64,000 bases of DNA from assembly GCF_009914755.1 (NCBI RefSeq), contig NC_060925.1; one strand, 5' to 3'. This document shows, one piece after another, positions 61,629 through 64,000 of this stretch. The notes beneath the pieces are model-generated. The model was not told the origin of the DNA. It was given only the letters and a program-made list of their open reading frames with translations, and searched no databases. This stretch comes from the human T2T-CHM13v2.0 reference genome, Homo sapiens. Position numbers and translations under genes: made by a program. Numbering within the stretch: the first letter of the stretch is position 1; every line of letters starts with the position of its first letter.

Positions 61629-61733
61629 ATGGTCTTCACTCAGGCCCCGGCTGAAATCATGGGCCACCTCCGGATATGCAGCCTCCTGGCCCGGCAGTGC
61701 CTGGCAGAGTTTCTGGGTGTGTTTGTACTCATG
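61629..61733 (+). CDS. AQP10: AQP10 exon 1 coding part (MVFTQAPAEIMGHLRICSLLARQCLAEFLGVFVLM)
   Basis: Kozak ccaccATGG; aquaglyceroporin LAEFLG motif; ATG|gtaggt donor. Confidence 0.95.
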
Positions 61734-62122
61734 GTAGGTAGGGTCACTGGGGGAAGGAAAGAAGGGGGTTGGGCAAAAGTTCCTGGCTCCTTCTGGTGTC
61801 CTCATCTCTTTCTCTTGGCGTCCCCCTTCCTCTCAACTCCCTATCAGTTTTCATTTGCATCCTCTCGTCTCTCCTAATCTCCTTTCCTCTCCTACTTCAT
61901 CATTTTTATTCTTGTCACTTTTCTTCCTTTTTTCCCACATTCTTTCCCTTTCTTCTTCCTCCACTTTCCCCATTTCTTTTCCCTTCCCTCCTTCTGCTTT
62001 TCTCCTTCCCTTGCTTGTCTTCCGTGCTCATTCATCTCCTTGGCTGCTCCCCTGGCCTTCCCAACCTTTCTCCCTGTTGGACTCCTGGGCTCCCTGTTCC
62101 TCATCTCTCCTCTTCTCAGCAG

Positions 62123-62249
62123 CTCCTCACCCAAGGAGCTGTGGCCCAGGCTGTCACCAGTGGAGAAACCAAAGGCAACTTCTTCACCATGTTTCTGGCT
62201 GGCTCTCTGGCCGTTACGATAGCCATCTACGTGGGTGGTAACGTCTCAG
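62123..62249 (+). CDS. AQP10: AQP10 exon 2 (LLTQGAVAQAVTSGETKGNFFTMFLAGSLAVTIAIYVGGNVS); gene continues beyond the window
   Basis: CAGCAG acceptor, CAG|gtgagg donor; ends just before the SGAHLNPA loop. Confidence 0.95.
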
Positions 62250-62822
62250 GTGAGGAGGGTGGGGTCTGGTCATCAGAGCAGGTGGGACGTGCATGTGAGC
62301 GTGTCGGTCTGGCGATGGTGGAAACGCAAATCCTTCTGTGACTCATGGACATTATCTCCTTGAGCTTGACCAGTGCCCCGGACTGAGATAAGCCTTTGGC
62401 CACACCAGCCCGTCCCCTTTCTGTATCTCTCCATCCCGCTTCCTCACACTAATACTTGGCTCACCTAGACAGAAATCAATGGCAGGGCACGAAGGGCAGG
62501 TGCTATCCTCTTGTATCCCCCACCTGAAGTCCTCTGGGGGCTCATCTCCACTCAGGACCTCTCCTGCTTTTCCCCCAGACATCAGTGTGCCTGGCTGGAG
62601 CCTTGAGACATAGTGTGTTGCTGTGGAAAAAGCAGACAGACTTAGGGTGTTTGCTTGTTCGTTTGTTTTTTTGAGATGGAGTCTTGCTCTGTTTCCCAGG
62701 CTGGAGTGCAGTGGCACTATCTCGGCTCACTGCAACCTCTACCTCCCAGGTTCAAGCCGATTCTCCTGCCTCAGCCTCCTAAGTAGCTGGAATTACAGAT
62801 GCGTGTCACCACACCCGGCTGA

Positions 62823-62969
<147 letters not shown>

Positions 62970-63380
62970 TAACCTTGGATTCACAGTGTGACTTTGATAA
63001 GTTGCCTAACATCCTGGAGCCTCAATTTCCTAAGCTGTGTGATGGGAATAACAGTATCTGCCTTAAGAGCTATAGGAAGAACAGCTGGGTGTGGTGGCTC
63101 ACCCCTGTAACCCCAGCACTTTGGGAGGCTGAGGCAGATGGATCACCTGAGGTCAGGAGTTAGAGACCAGCCTGGCCAACATGGCGAAACCCCGTCTCTA
63201 CTAAAAATACAAAAACTAGCTGGGCATGGTGACATGTGCCTATAGTCCCAGCTACTCGGTAGTCTCAGACAGGAGAATTGCTTGGACCCAGGAGACGGAG
63301 GTTGCGGTGAGCCAAGATTGCACCACTGCATTCCCACCTGGGTGAGAGAGCGAGACTCCATCTCAAGAAAAAAAGAAAGT

Positions 63381-63781
63381 CATAGGATTAAGTAGGAGGT
63401 TGTCACAAGATACAGGTCATAAAGACCTTGCTGATAAAAAAGGTTGCAGTAAAGAGCCAGCGAAAACTCACCAAGACCAAGATGACCACACTGACCCCTG
63501 GTCTTCCTCACTGCTACACTCCCACCAGTGCCATGACAGTTTACAAATGCCATGGCAACAACAGGAAGTTATGCTATATGGTCTAAAAGGGGGAGGCATG
63601 AATAATCCACCCCTTGTTTAACATGTAATCAAGATACAACCATAAAAATAGGCAACCAGTGGCCCTCGGGGCTGCTCTGTCTGTGGAATAGCCATTCTTT
63701 TATTCCTTTACTTTCCTAATAAACTTGCTTTCACTTTACTGTATGGACTCGCCCTGAATTCTTTCTTGCATGAGCTCCAAA
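63381..63781 (+). mobile_element. MER41A-type LTR in AQP10 intron 2
   Basis: cacaagatacaggtcataaagaccttgctgataaaa...ggggctgctctg...aataaacttgctttcacttta. Confidence 0.8.
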
Positions 63782-64000
63782 TGCTTTCACATTTCATCCT
63801 ATTTGTTTTTGTTGTTGTTGTTGTTGTTTTTGTTGTTTTTTTTTTTTGAGACACAGTTTCGCTTTTGTTGCCCAGGCTAGAGTGCAATGGCGCAATCTCA
63901 GCTCACTGCCACCTCCGCCTCCCAGTTCAATCGATTCTCCTGCCTTAGCCTCCTGAGTGGCTGGGACTACAGGCATGTGCCACCATGCCCGGCTAATTTT

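Noticed and set aside
61769-62341. 190-aa hydrophobic ORF
   Set aside because: Stop-poor polypyrimidine intron read in frame into AQP10 exon 2
63381-63781. MER41 as an interferon-gamma (STAT1) enhancer in AQP10
   Set aside because: Sequence runs ggaggcatgaataatcc without the TTCCCGGAA-containing segment of MER41B; this is the MER41A-type lacking those sites

Overview
Eukaryotic (hominoid primate: human or great ape) genomic DNA syntenic to human 1q21.3; no prokaryotic features or CRISPR arrays. All three protein-coding genes are on the + strand. (1) The 3' half of UBAP2L (exons 238-19509), with an intronic H/ACA snoRNA (SNORA58B), a 51-nt cassette exon and three alternative C-termini. (2) The complete 7-exon HAX1 gene (CDS 21931-24908, 279 aa, intact). 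(3) The first two exons of AQP10 (61629-62249). The ~36.5 kb between HAX1 and AQP10 is almost entirely transposon-derived: dense Alu, old L1, a full SVA, solo LTRs (MER61/51-like, MER4, LTR22, LTR8, THE1, MLT2, MER11), a fragmented ERVL provirus, a SNORD59B retrocopy and two U6 pseudogenes. The least explained signals are: two ~40-45-nt LTR micro-insertions that each start about 27-30 nt downstream of the parent LTR TATA box (one with A-tail and TSD, i.e. possible retroposed promoter-proximal LTR RNAs); three locally templated insertions and two deletion junctions; an AUGA-overlapping uORF and a poly(A)-signal-adjacent hairpin in HAX1; an isoform-specific PPxY tail and extra candidate acceptors in UBAP2L; and a 270-nt AG-exclusion zone plus a Cys17 variant in AQP10. 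Gene and repeat identities rest on recalled sequences, not database searches; repeat boundaries are approximate.
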